Positions 27,088-35,994 of a stretch of 64,000 bases of DNA are shown here, one piece after another. The notes beneath the pieces were generated by a model. The model ran no database searches, was not told the origin of the DNA, and was given only the letters and a program-made list of their open reading frames with translations. Source of the stretch: Candidatus Zipacnadia bacterium (lineage in GTDB: Bacteria; Armatimonadota; Zipacnadia; Zipacnadales; Zipacnadaceae); NCBI GenBank assembly GCA_029821195.1, contig JALGTU010000001.1:8707-72706 (forward strand). Reading direction: 5' to 3'. Position 1 is the stretch's first letter. Each line of letters begins with the position of its first letter. Made by a program: the position numbers and the translations under genes.

Positions 27088-29160
27088 CTACTGCGGCTGA
27101 TATCCCAGGCCGAGCAGGTAATTCCGCGTGGTTTTGACGATCTCTTCGTGCTCCTCGGGTACGTAACTGCCGCTGACCGCCCGGAACTTGCGGGTCTTCA
27201 GGTCAACCACAAAGACTGTGCCGTCTTCGCTCGGGGCGCCAGTGCCGCCCAGGGCCCGCTTTTGGGCATAGGTCTCGGCGGGTAGCGTCCACCCCGTGGC
27301 GCCCGCAGTTTCCGCCTCATCGCTGACAACCGCATGCTTGGAAATGCCGGCCGTCTTCTCGTAGACGAACCACTCCGTAGTAATCTCCAGCGTCGCCTTG
27401 GTCGGCGGCTTCATCGGCGTCATACCCATCATGCCCTCTTCACCCATCATCCCCCCGTAGCCGTAGCCAGGTGGCATCCCCATGCCGTATCCGCCCATCT
27501 GGGGCATCCCGCCGGGCATCCCCGGCTGCATCATGCCCTCCTCGCCCATCATCCCCATCGTGCCCATTCCGCCGCCTCCCCCCACCATCGCCGCAATAAG
27601 CGGCTGCACCTGGGTCACGTACAGGTCATCGGTCTTCTCGAAGGACTCTTTCTCGCCCGAGAGGCGCTCGACTTCGCCCTTGGCGGTGACTACTCTATTG
27701 ATCTTCTGGTCAATGGTATCTTCGAAGGCGACGAACCGGCCTGCCTCCAGCGCGAAGTAGGAGATGCGCTCAATGGAGACGTTACCTCTATACTCCATCA
27801 CCTGCGCGCCCATGCCCATCCCCATCTCGCCTTCCATACCCTCCATCCCGGGGGCCATCATGCCTTCCATGCCCATTCCCATACCCATTCCTGGAGGGCC
27901 CATACCGGGTTCGACCATGCCCCCGCCCTCAGCACCCATCATGCCGGCACCGCCCACCTGCTCCTTGCGCTGGGGCAGCTCGATCTCAATCTCTACACCC
28001 CGCGCACTGTACTTGCTGATGATGCGGGCACAGCGGAAGTTGCCCTTATACTCAAAGCTGTCGAGCCGGTGAATTGCGGAGTATGTCTCCGGCTCAGTGT
28101 TGGTCGGTCCCATAGTGACGGTCATGTCGCCCTGCCAACTGGAACCGACCCGCACCGGTCGCTCGGGAAGTTCGATGAAGGTCTGCCCCAGGGGGAAATC
28201 CGGCTGCTCATCGTGCATCTTCACGACTTCCGCCGAAGGCCGAACCTTGAAGCGATACTCATCTCCCGCCGCCGGCAGCACTTCCGCATAGGAATCAGGG
28301 ACGTTCTCCTCTTCCTTCTCCTCATCGCCGACGGTCCATATCTCCTTGGGCCACAGCCAGGAAACGATGTAGTAACCACGTAGGAACTCTCTATCCACAA
28401 CCGCGCGCCCGGTAGCCGTGGGGCTGAGAACTTCTTCCCCCCAGCCCCCGGAGGTTTCGACCACCACGTTTGAGGGCAGCCCTTCGATCTGGGAGCCGCC
28501 CGTGCCAACCATGCCCATACCCATCTCGGGCCCCATCATCCCGCCGTAACCATAGCCTGGCGGCATACCCATCATGCCCTCTCCGGGCATCATCCCGCCG
28601 TAACCATAACCTGGGGGCATACCCATCTCCATGTCCATGCCCATCTCCATCTTGGGCGGCTCGCGTAGCTCCTTGCCCGCCTCGCCGGGCACGTTAACCG
28701 TCATCTTGCCTTCGATTTCGTAGCGGAGAAGCTGCCCCTTCTGGTACCTGGTCTTAAGCTCGACCGCTCCGCCAATCTCGGAGGGGTCAATACTGTTGAC
28801 CACGGTAATCTGTACGCTGTCCTCGCCCTGGCGGCGGCCCGAACCGTCGAAGCCCATTGCCTTGATGGTGTATTGACCATCGGGATAGACCCGCTTGCCA
28901 TCGTGGTAGACCTGTGTGTTCCACTTGATGGAGAACGGCGCCATCGCCGCGGCCAGGTAGGCATCGCGGCTGGGCTGGACGCTGAAGGTGACCCAGCCGT
29001 CTTGCGACTGGGGTTTGGCCGCCTTGATTGCAACCACCCCATGTACTACCGCCCCGCTCGTCGGGGAGAGGATCTGCACCTGAGCTTCACCGGTAGCGGC
29101 GGTGCCCAACAGTCCGATTGCGAGAGCACAAACAATGACTATAGCTGACCGCAGGCTCAT
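27088..29160 (-). CDS. Secreted protein with an Ig-like N-domain and three Met/Gly-rich low-complexity modules.
   Basis: Signal peptide MSLRSAIVIVCALAIGLLGTAATGEA. Modules such as MGMDMEMGMPPGYGYGGMMPGEGMMGMPPGYGYGGMM occur at roughly residues 160-215, 395-455 and 520-580. Confidence 0.8.
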   Translation of the reverse strand: MSLRSAIVIVCALAIGLLGTAATGEAQVQILSPTSGAVVHGVVAIKAAKPQSQDGWVTFSVQPSRDAYLAAAMAPFSIKWNTQVYHDGKRVYPDGQYTIKAMGFDGSGRRQGEDSVQITVVNSIDPSEIGGAVELKTRYQKGQLLRYEIEGKMTVNVPGEAGKELREPPKMEMGMDMEMGMPPGYGYGGMMPGEGMMGMPPGYGYGGMMGPEMGMGMVGTGGSQIEGLPSNVVVETSGGWGEEVLSPTATGRAVVDREFLRGYYIVSWLWPKEIWTVGDEEKEEENVPDSYAEVLPAAGDEYRFKVRPSAEVVKMHDEQPDFPLGQTFIELPERPVRVGSSWQGDMTVTMGPTNTEPETYSAIHRLDSFEYKGNFRCARIISKYSARGVEIEIELPQRKEQVGGAGMMGAEGGGMVEPGMGPPGMGMGMGMEGMMAPGMEGMEGEMGMGMGAQVMEYRGNVSIERISYFALEAGRFVAFEDTIDQKINRVVTAKGEVERLSGEKESFEKTDDLYVTQVQPLIAAMVGGGGGMGTMGMMGEEGMMQPGMPGGMPQMGGYGMGMPPGYGYGGMMGEEGMMGMTPMKPPTKATLEITTEWFVYEKTAGISKHAVVSDEAETAGATGWTLPAETYAQKRALGGTGAPSEDGTVFVVDLKTRKFRAVSGSYVPEEHEEIVKTTRNYLLGLGYQPQ
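27420..27600 (-). repeat. Intragenic Met/Gly-repeat module 3 (CAT/CCC/GCC-rich on + strand).
   Basis: Encodes GMGTMGMMGEEGMMQPGMPGGMPQMGGYGMGMPPGYGYGGMMGEEGMMGM. Similar at DNA level to 28515..28665. Confidence 0.75.
27795..27960 (-). repeat. Intragenic Met/Gly-repeat module 2.
   Basis: Encodes GGAGMMGAEGGGMVEPGMGPPGMGMGMGMEGMMAPGMEGMEGEMGMGMG. Confidence 0.75.
28515..28665 (-). repeat. Intragenic Met/Gly-repeat module 1.
   Basis: Encodes EMGMDMEMGMPPGYGYGGMMPGEGMMGMPPGYGYGGMMGPEMGMGMVG. Confidence 0.75.
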
Positions 29161-29200
29161 AAGCTGACGCCCCTTTTTGCCACATCTAGCTGCACTGATG

Positions 29201-29698
29201 CTACTGGAAACGCTCCATGGCTTCTTGTATCAATGGCCGCAACTGTTCAGCGGACTTTTCGAGCAATTGCGGGACAACCCGCATATTGGCTACTGCCGTC
29301 ATATAGTTGGTATCACCGGACCACCGCGGCACGATATGCAGATGGATGTGGTCGTCAATACCGGCACCCGCGGCCCGTCCGATATTCATACCCAGGTTCG
29401 CGCCCTCAGTATGCAGCCCTTCCGCCAAGCCCGCCACGCAGCCCTGGGCAATTTTCATCAGTTCACTGACCTCCTCGACGCTCAGGTCAGTCAGGTTGCT
29501 GACGTGCCGATATGGCACGACCATCACGTGGCCGCTGTTGTACGGAAAGGTATTGAGCAACACAAAGTTGTGCCGGCCACGATACAGCACGTAGTTGGCT
29601 TGGTCGTCGTCAGAGTCCCGCTTTTCACACAGCACACATTTATCCGGCTTCTCAGATACCACGTAGTCTATTCGCCAGGGAGCCCATATATGATCCAT
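29201..29698 (-). CDS. HIT-family (histidine triad) nucleotide hydrolase.
   Basis: HIHLHIVPR histidine-triad motif and a CxxC zinc-ribbon-like N-terminus. Confidence 0.85.
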   Translation of the reverse strand: MDHIWAPWRIDYVVSEKPDKCVLCEKRDSDDDQANYVLYRGRHNFVLLNTFPYNSGHVMVVPYRHVSNLTDLSVEEVSELMKIAQGCVAGLAEGLHTEGANLGMNIGRAAGAGIDDHIHLHIVPRWSGDTNYMTAVANMRVVPQLLEKSAEQLRPLIQEAMERFQ

Positions 29699-29729
29699 GT
29701 GCGGTTGTCACCAATTGCCGGCGGCAGCT

Positions 29730-29960
29730 TCAGTGCCGATACCACAAGATCGCAACCGCCAGACACGACACCACCCAGATAACCGCCGCGACCTTGGCGA
29801 GCTTGTCCAACCGCTCTTCTTTGCTGCCGGGGGTAAAACGGGCTGAATCTGAGCCACCCATGGCCGCGGAGAATCCGTCGGATTTCGTTTTCTGCAACAT
29901 CACCGCCACGATAATAGCGACCCCGCTGAGCAATGCCAATGCTACTGCGACGTTAAACAT
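29730..29960 (-). CDS. secG: Preprotein translocase subunit SecG.
   Basis: 76 aa, two TM helices and a Gly-rich loop, in the SecG family size class. Confidence 0.75.
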   Translation of the reverse strand: MFNVAVALALLSGVAIIVAVMLQKTKSDGFSAAMGGSDSARFTPGSKEERLDKLAKVAAVIWVVSCLAVAILWYRH

Positions 29961-30076
29961 ACCAGTTTCCCTCTTCGAGAGTGCGCCAAGACCAAGTACG
30001 CGGCCCCATAATCACACCTGTTTCCAATAAGCCCATTGTACACTATGCCACCACTCACGTCAAGCCTGCGCCCGCC

Positions 30077-30106
30077 TTGACAGCGTTGTCCGGAGCTGGA
30101 TATACT
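30077..30106 (+). promoter_or_regulatory. Sigma70-type promoter TTGACA-N18-TATACT upstream of lpxC.
   Basis: -35 at 30077..30082 and -10 at 30101..30106, in the divergent secG/lpxC intergenic region. Confidence 0.55.
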
Positions 30107-30163
30107 CAGCACAATCACGCATTTCACAAACGCCCAGAGGTGTCATCCCAGCGTTCCGTTGCT

Positions 30164-31000
30164 ATGTCTGAGCGCAAGACCGTAGCAGAATCCGTCTATC
30201 ACACTGCCACCGGCGTCCAATCGGGCCTGGAGATTGACCTGGCCCTGCATCCCGTCACCCCCGAAAGCGGCCTGCAACTACGCCGTACCGACGTCGGTAA
30301 GCAGTGGCCGATCACCCCGCAAACTGCCTCAGCCGGCCCCGTGGGCACTCTCATCGGCGACGACGAACACCAAGTGACATTCATCGAGCACCTGATGGCC
30401 GCACTCGCCGCCGCCGGTATCACCGATCTGCTCATCGAGGTCTCCGGCCCGGAAATCCCGCTGTTCGAGGGCGGTGCGGTCGCTCTGTGGGAAATGATTC
30501 AACAGGCCGGAACCCAGCAGCTCGACGGCGAAGTCAAACCCCTGTTGCTGCGCGAAGCGGTTATATTGAGCACTACCGACTACTTCATCGCCGCCATCCC
30601 CAGCGATACCACCGCCTATTACTACCTCTTCGCCAGCGACCACCCGCTGATCGGATACCAGTGGGCAGAATTCGTGCCCGGCCGCGGCGACTTCGCCTGC
30701 GACATTGCCCCGGCCCGCACCTTTGTCACCTACCGGGAGGCCGAGGCCGCCCGCAATGCGGGGATGCTCCTCGGCGGCAGTGAAGAAAATGCAATAATAA
30801 TATACCCGGATCGGCTCTCGGCGACACCGGTGCTGCCCCAGGCATTTGCGCGGCACAAGCTGCTCGACCTAATCGGTGACCTCTACTTGCTGGGCCGCCC
30901 GATCCAGGCGCGCCTCATCGGCTCGCGCACCGGCCACCGGCAGAACCTGGCGTTGGTGCGCACACTGGCCAAGGTACACCGCAGCGGTACGGAAGCCTGA
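30164..31000 (+). CDS. lpxC: UDP-3-O-acyl-N-acetylglucosamine deacetylase.
   Basis: FIEHLMAAL (E78/H79 equivalents), HKLLDLIGDLY (H238/D242), and RTGHRQN (H265). The canonical IMDGSA loop reads LFEGGA here. Start at 30164; the ORF-track start at 29981 is an extension. Confidence 0.85.
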   Translation: MSERKTVAESVYHTATGVQSGLEIDLALHPVTPESGLQLRRTDVGKQWPITPQTASAGPVGTLIGDDEHQVTFIEHLMAALAAAGITDLLIEVSGPEIPLFEGGAVALWEMIQQAGTQQLDGEVKPLLLREAVILSTTDYFIAAIPSDTTAYYYLFASDHPLIGYQWAEFVPGRGDFACDIAPARTFVTYREAEAARNAGMLLGGSEENAIIIYPDRLSATPVLPQAFARHKLLDLIGDLYLLGRPIQARLIGSRTGHRQNLALVRTLAKVHRSGTEA

Positions 31001-31030
31001 GCATCAGGAGCCACTCAGCAAAACGAGCCA

Positions 31031-31062
31031 GCCGCGCGCGGCCGGCCCGTTATTGTCTGTGA
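31031..31062. terminator. GC-palindrome (GCCGCGCGCGGCCGGC) plus a T-rich tail between the convergent lpxC and DUF1559 genes. Possible bidirectional terminator.
   Basis: Palindromic GCCGCGCGCGGC at 31031..31042 followed by CCGTTATTGTCTGTG. Weak, G/C-only stem. Confidence 0.25.
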
Positions 31063-31077
31063 AATGATATCCCAGAG

Positions 31078-31677
31078 CTAGTCCTGGGTCGGGTCCCAGG
31101 TAGTAGTGAAGTCATCAACCGCCGGGCTGTTTTCGGGCAGGCGCTTGGCATGACCGTCACAGAAGGCGAAGTTAGCACCTTCGTTGTGCCGGAAATCCAC
31201 GGTCGAACCGACGGTGTTCGGATCATTGTCCGGGTCGGGGTCATCCAGGCCCTCGATATCCGGGTACATATACCATGCCGCCGGGACCGTGGCATCCCCG
31301 AACATAATCACCTGCGACACGTAATCCACCTGCTGGAGATTATAGCCGGCAGCATCGGCAACACCTTGCGCCGACAGCCAGTAGTTCAGAGCATACCCCG
31401 GGCAGTACGAGTTCTCCAGGGGACAGATCAGGATATCGTAGTTCTTCACATACGGCTGAATTGTATCCTTCCAGGGCCCATCGCCGGGGAACATCGCCTC
31501 ATCGTAGTCGGAGGCATACATTATCGCCGCAGTACAGATCTGCTTGACATTCGATAGGCAAGCGGTGCCTACCGCCTTGCCCTTAGCCCGGGAGAAAACG
31601 GGGAAAAGTATCGAGGCCAGAATCGAGATAATCGCCATTACTACCAGAAGTTCGATCAGTGTGAAACCCTTGCGCAT
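31078..31677 (-). CDS. Prepilin-type N-terminal cleavage/methylation domain protein with an H-X9-DG (DUF1559) motif.
   Basis: [28 protein letters not shown] at the N-terminus, and RHNEGANFAFCDGH (H-x9-DG) near the C-terminus. Confidence 0.9.
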   Translation of the reverse strand: MRKGFTLIELLVVMAIISILASILFPVFSRAKGKAVGTACLSNVKQICTAAIMYASDYDEAMFPGDGPWKDTIQPYVKNYDILICPLENSYCPGYALNYWLSAQGVADAAGYNLQQVDYVSQVIMFGDATVPAAWYMYPDIEGLDDPDPDNDPNTVGSTVDFRHNEGANFAFCDGHAKRLPENSPAVDDFTTTWDPTQD

Positions 31678-31779
31678 CGGTCCGGCTCCTTTCGAGCGGC
31701 TGCGATTCCGATAACCCTCGCTAACTTACGCCAGCTTATGTGACACTCAAACGGGGCAGAATGTTCTGTGCCTGCAGCC

Positions 31780-33498
31780 TCATTGATACCATTGTGGGTC
31801 CAAGTCGGAAAAAATCCGGTCGCGCTCAGCCAATGCGCCAAGATATGCCCAGTCCTCATCACTTAACCACTCGCCGCGTGCGTACCGGCGGGCCAACTCC
31901 GTCACCCGCTTGGAATCAGTATGGTGGCACTGAACACGGGCCTGAGCGTAGTCGCGTGCTCCCCACGTTGTGATGAGAAACTCCCAGTCAGAGGCCTCCA
32001 GTATTAATAGTTCCCGTAATGCCTGCTGAATAAACCGCCGCATCGTATCATCGTGGCCGCTGCCGTGATTCTGCACCAGATCGCGCAGGTCCAACTCGGC
32101 GTCGTAGATGCGCTCCCAGCACCAGCGGGTGTCGTCGTTAAGCCAGACCCAGTGCCCACCACCCGCGCCCCAGGAACCCTCCGGGAGCGTCACGGCCGCC
32201 TGGGGCGGATTGTGCGCGAGATACTGGCTGCCGGTGACGACCTCAATCTCTGGGTCCTGGTGCATCCAGCGCAGAGCACTGACCAGGAAACGCGGACCCT
32301 CAAACCACCAGTGGCCGAACAACTCAGCATCAAACGGCGCGCACAGCACCGGCTGTTGCCCCGAAGCGAACTGATTACTCCGCAGTGTTTCCTTGACCGT
32401 CCACAAGAAGTTGCCGGCGTGGGCGCGCACCGCCTCGTCCGCCCACTCGGGCACATAATGTTCCTTGCCGCCCAGGTCCCGGTCGGCTCCGCTTACCCGC
32501 CAGTACCGCAAGTCGCCAGGCTCGTGCTTCTTGTGGAACTCCAGGTACGCCGCGTCACCCGGGTAGCCGTGCTCGGAACTCCACACCTTCACGCCAGTCT
32601 GCGGATCACGGATGAAGACGGCCACCGGCGGATGGTCTTCATAATAGTGGCCGACAAAGTAAGTGCAATAGGGCGATTTCTCGCCGGAATAAGGCTGCGG
32701 CTCGTGGATCTTGCGAATGCGCCCCCATTGCTTGCCCAAAGTCTGCTCAAAATCAATGTGCACCGGCTCGGGCGCGCCGCCGCCCAGCAGGTGAGTATCA
32801 ACCACGAAGTAATCAAAGCCGTTGCTGGCCAGGAACTCCTCGAGGCCCGGGCGAAAATAGGGCGGCTCCGCGCCGCTGACGAACGGCGGTGGGGCCCAAT
32901 CACAGCGGGGCCGGTAGGCGCCCTCGGGCAGCCAGAAGGCCCGGGGCCGGCGCTGGAAGTGCCGCTCGTATGTGGCCACGGCCTGTTGGATTTGCAGGGC
33001 GATGCTGGCATCCTCGCGCAATAGCGGCAGGTAGCCATGAGTGGCTGCGCAGGTCATCACCTCGATATGTCCCCGGTCCTGCCAGAGGCGGTACTGGCCG
33101 ACTATATCGCGCCCATAGCGGTCAACAAAGCTCTCACGCAGCGCTTCATAGCGCTCTCGCCAGCGATGGGCCAGGTAGGCCAGGTGGCCGTTGCCCCAAC
33201 TGTTGAACTCCCCCTCGTTTTCCCCCGCCCAGTAGATCTTGTCGTTGAGGTAGTTGGCGAACCATTCCTTGAAGCGCTCGTCGGCGAGCTGTTCGATGGT
33301 GACGGGGCTGAGACTGATGGTGATGTTAGCGGGGATGCCCTCCCAGGCCAGTTCCTCGATGACCCACAGCAGCGGGATGTAGGTATCAGCAGCCGCCTCG
33401 TAGAGCATCTGCGAGCCGTGCGGCCAGGTCCCATGCCCCAGGACGTAGGGAATGTGCCCGTGCAAAACCAGGACAAAACTACCCACAGGTTCGCTCAT
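31780..33498 (-). CDS. GH57-family 1,4-alpha-glucan branching enzyme-like protein (GH57 N-domain plus DUF1957).
   Basis: MSEPVGSFVLVLHGHIPYVLGHGTWPHG... is the GH57 catalytic N-terminus. True start ATG 33498, with GGGAGG 4 nt upstream. The ORF-track start at 33750 is an Arg/Pro-rich extension. Confidence 0.85.
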   Translation of the reverse strand: MSEPVGSFVLVLHGHIPYVLGHGTWPHGSQMLYEAAADTYIPLLWVIEELAWEGIPANITISLSPVTIEQLADERFKEWFANYLNDKIYWAGENEGEFNSWGNGHLAYLAHRWRERYEALRESFVDRYGRDIVGQYRLWQDRGHIEVMTCAATHGYLPLLREDASIALQIQQAVATYERHFQRRPRAFWLPEGAYRPRCDWAPPPFVSGAEPPYFRPGLEEFLASNGFDYFVVDTHLLGGGAPEPVHIDFEQTLGKQWGRIRKIHEPQPYSGEKSPYCTYFVGHYYEDHPPVAVFIRDPQTGVKVWSSEHGYPGDAAYLEFHKKHEPGDLRYWRVSGADRDLGGKEHYVPEWADEAVRAHAGNFLWTVKETLRSNQFASGQQPVLCAPFDAELFGHWWFEGPRFLVSALRWMHQDPEIEVVTGSQYLAHNPPQAAVTLPEGSWGAGGGHWVWLNDDTRWCWERIYDAELDLRDLVQNHGSGHDDTMRRFIQQALRELLILEASDWEFLITTWGARDYAQARVQCHHTDSKRVTELARRYARGEWLSDEDWAYLGALAERDRIFSDLDPQWYQ

Positions 33499-33515
33499 CC
33501 GACCTCCCACCGGTC

Positions 33516-33737
33516 TCAGCCGGCTAGCGTCTGGCGAATTCGCTCCACAATCTTCTCGACCGAAGGCAGATTCTCTTCTTCCAGCGGTGCAGCCATTGGC
33601 GGCGGGACATTGTGCGCCGCCACGATCTTTATCGGGGCGACCAGGTCTGCAAAGACCTGCTGCTGGACCTGGTAGGCAATGTGCTCGCCGAAACAGCCGC
33701 GCTCGGTCAGGACGCTGGTGTCGGGACAGCCTGGAAA
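33516..33737 (-). pseudogene. 3'-terminal fragment (~73 codons) of a paralogue of the E1 alpha/beta dehydrogenase gene at 35995..38271. No usable start codon.
   Basis: Minus-strand translation gives *FPGCPDTSVLTERGCFGEHIAYQVQQQVFADLVAPIKIVAAHNVPPPMAAPLEEENLPSVEKIVERIRQTLAG*. This is near-identical to the C-terminus of the intact E1 gene (...ERGCFGEHIAYQVQQQVFADLAAPIKIVAAHNVPPPMAAPLEEENLPSVEKIMGNIRQTVGR*). Confidence 0.8.
33571..33706. repeat. Direct repeat copy A (~136 bp, ~93% identical to 36050..36186).
   Basis: Direct comparison of the two segments. Both are in the same orientation and bracket the secretin gene. Confidence 0.85.
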
Positions 33738-35656
33738 TCAAGCAAGGCACCCAGGTCCTGCCCGGTGGGCAGAATCGTCGAATAGACCAGCAGGACGCTC
33801 TCGTGATGAACTATCAGTGGGCTGCGCCCGAAGCGAAACATCTCGCCCAGCACCGGCAACTGCCCCAGCACTGGCACGGAGGACTTAGCCCGCGGCTGGG
33901 TGGTGCGCAACATCATACTAGATAGGGAGAAAAGGTCCAGGGCGTTCACGTAGACGCTGGTACTAGCCGTGTGCTCGGCCACGCGGCTTAGCGGTGCCGT
34001 CGTAGGCTCCTCGACCCCTTCCACTGTCACTTCGGCATCCTTATGCGCGACCGTGACCGCAACCTGCAATTCTGCGGCCGCCCCCCCTGGCAAGATATGC
34101 GGGGTGAAAGTAAGCTCAGTTCCCTCCGTCATAGAACCCCAGACCCGGGGCTCGTCTGCAGTGCGCAGCGACTCGGCCAGCGTGACCAACGGCATGACGG
34201 GCAGCTCGCCCTGGGCCACCGCGACCGGCTGCTCCTCCTCGGGCGGGGCGTTCAGTTCGAAGTAGCTGCGGGCGCTGCCCGTGACCGTGGCCTGGGTGCC
34301 GCCCAGCACCACGATGCTGGTGGAGCTGGTGGAAGCCAACCCGGATTGCCCGCTGCTCCCGGCGATGGCGCGCAACCGGTCGAGTAGTGGGCGCAGGAAG
34401 ATGGCCTCCACGTCTGCGGCCAGCGCGCGTTCTGCGGCCTGCAAGACGACATCCACGTCGGCGGCACGCCGGCTCAGCCGGTCCGGGGCCAGCGCACGCC
34501 AGTCACGAGCTTGTGTCCGGGAATCCAGGAGGAAGTTGCCGATGGTTTGCTGGGTGAGCTTGAGGTACGCGGCATCATCGAATATGTGCAGCAAGGTCCC
34601 GGGCAGTAGGGGTGTGACGCTGGCCTCCTGGCTATCGGGGGGGCCCTCTTGTGATGCCATAATAGTATTGCTTAACAGCGTAGAAAGCTCAGTGGCTGGC
34701 ACGGTTGACTTGGTGTCTACCAGGCTGCGCCATACAGCCAACGCGGCCGGGTCCTGGCGCGACAGCCCGTCCAGCCAGCGGCCCAGCGACTGGCTCAGGT
34801 GCTGCTCGAGAGTCTGGCGCCAGCTCAGGCCTCCCGCCGGCGGCATCATGAGCAGCGTAGCCAGTGTCTCCGTGAGCGAAAGGGGGTGCGGACCCCGGGC
34901 GGAGGGCGTGATGAGAATGGTGCTCTGCCCCGGCAGCAGGTCGCCCAGGTCCACGACATTCATTTTGATTGAAAAGCACGGCTCAGTATCGCTGGCCTCG
35001 TCGTCCCGTGAGGTGCTCGCCTGCTGTTGGGCTTTCTCTGCTCTCTCCTGATTGTGCTGTTGGGAGGCCCGGGCGCAGGCTTCCAGTTGGCGCAGATAGC
35101 CGCGCATGAGATCGCCCACTGTCCGAACTGTCTCCCGCGCCTCCTGCGCTCGCCCGGCGACAACTTGCGCATCGCCACCGCTGATCTGAAAGGTCCACAG
35201 GTCGAGGCGGACCTGCGGCTGAGGGACGTCAATGGTGGCGATGACCCGCTTGAGGTCGTCCACCTGCGAACGCGGACCGGCTAGCACCACCAGCGGAGTC
35301 AGGCTTAAGCCCTCGCTGGCCGCTACGTTGACGTCCGGTGCCAGGGCTGCCTTTACCGGTTCCAGCAGCCTCTGCAGTGCCCGCGGTTCGCGCACATAGT
35401 GCAAGCGGACTGTCTCGCAGACCGGGGAATCATCAACCTCGGAGGAGACAGGTACCAGTATATCCGGGGTCTCACCGATAATGGTCACTGGCCTTGGCGG
35501 CATTGGCATTGCTTCCCCGCCAACTATGGCCCCAACACCTGGCTGCTCCGCAGCGGCCTCCTCCTGGGCAAGAGCTGGCATTACCACGGCCACCAGCAGG
35601 CCAATGCTCATACACAGCAATACAACACGGAAGTGAGTTAGTCTACTGCGCTTCAT
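33707..35656 (-). CDS. Secretin (GspD/PilQ family outer-membrane channel).
   Basis: Signal peptide. The C-terminal secretin signature is VPVLGQLPVLGEMFRFGRSPLIVHHESVLLVYSTIL, and the N-domain resembles Secretin_N. GAGGAGG RBS lies 7 nt upstream. Confidence 0.8.
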   Translation of the reverse strand: MKRSRLTHFRVVLLCMSIGLLVAVVMPALAQEEAAAEQPGVGAIVGGEAMPMPPRPVTIIGETPDILVPVSSEVDDSPVCETVRLHYVREPRALQRLLEPVKAALAPDVNVAASEGLSLTPLVVLAGPRSQVDDLKRVIATIDVPQPQVRLDLWTFQISGGDAQVVAGRAQEARETVRTVGDLMRGYLRQLEACARASQQHNQERAEKAQQQASTSRDDEASDTEPCFSIKMNVVDLGDLLPGQSTILITPSARGPHPLSLTETLATLLMMPPAGGLSWRQTLEQHLSQSLGRWLDGLSRQDPAALAVWRSLVDTKSTVPATELSTLLSNTIMASQEGPPDSQEASVTPLLPGTLLHIFDDAAYLKLTQQTIGNFLLDSRTQARDWRALAPDRLSRRAADVDVVLQAAERALAADVEAIFLRPLLDRLRAIAGSSGQSGLASTSSTSIVVLGGTQATVTGSARSYFELNAPPEEEQPVAVAQGELPVMPLVTLAESLRTADEPRVWGSMTEGTELTFTPHILPGGAAAELQVAVTVAHKDAEVTVEGVEEPTTAPLSRVAEHTASTSVYVNALDLFSLSSMMLRTTQPRAKSSVPVLGQLPVLGEMFRFGRSPLIVHHESVLLVYSTILPTGQDLGALLDFQAVPTPAS

Positions 35657-35682
35657 TCTCTCTCCTCCTCAAATGATATTGC

Positions 35683-35702
35683 TTGCGCTGCGCGAAGCGC
35701 AA
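35683..35702. promoter_or_regulatory. Perfect inverted repeat TTGCGCT-GCGCGA-AGCGCAA in the secretin 5' region. Candidate operator or 5'-UTR hairpin.
   Basis: Read directly. Lies 27 nt upstream of the secretin ATG. Confidence 0.35.
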
Positions 35703-35994
35703 CCTTGCCGTCTGCCTGGCGACCTTTGGTTGCAGCCTGACGAAGCCTTTGTCAGTTTAGCCGCCATTTCGCTTCGCCAACGCAATGCCCCTTCTCCCTA
35801 TTCTATGCTGTGCAACCCTTTTCTCTTGCCCTTGGAGCGCAACGTAAGGCTCCTGGAGCCCGTCGGTGAGCTCCTTGACTCACGGACCTACATCCGTCGC
35901 CACTTACCATAGTTAGGAGTTGCCACTGCGCTGCTCCACGATAAGCTGGTTGGAATCGTCATAGGTCCGCTGCCATGCAGCTTATGCGATATCC

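Noticed and set aside
27334-28383. 349-aa + strand ORF, His/Pro/Leu-rich, antisense to the Met-rich gene.
   Set aside because: The composition is the mirror image of the ATG/GGN codon repeats (CAT becomes His). It has no start context, and the sense strand holds a protein with a signal peptide and domains.
33499-33750. N-terminal 84-aa extension of the GH57 ORF (ORF-track start 33750).
   Set aside because: The extension is Arg/Pro/Gly-rich. It overlaps the E1-fragment pseudogene. The GH57 homology starts exactly at MSEPVG (ATG 33498), which has a GGGAGG RBS.
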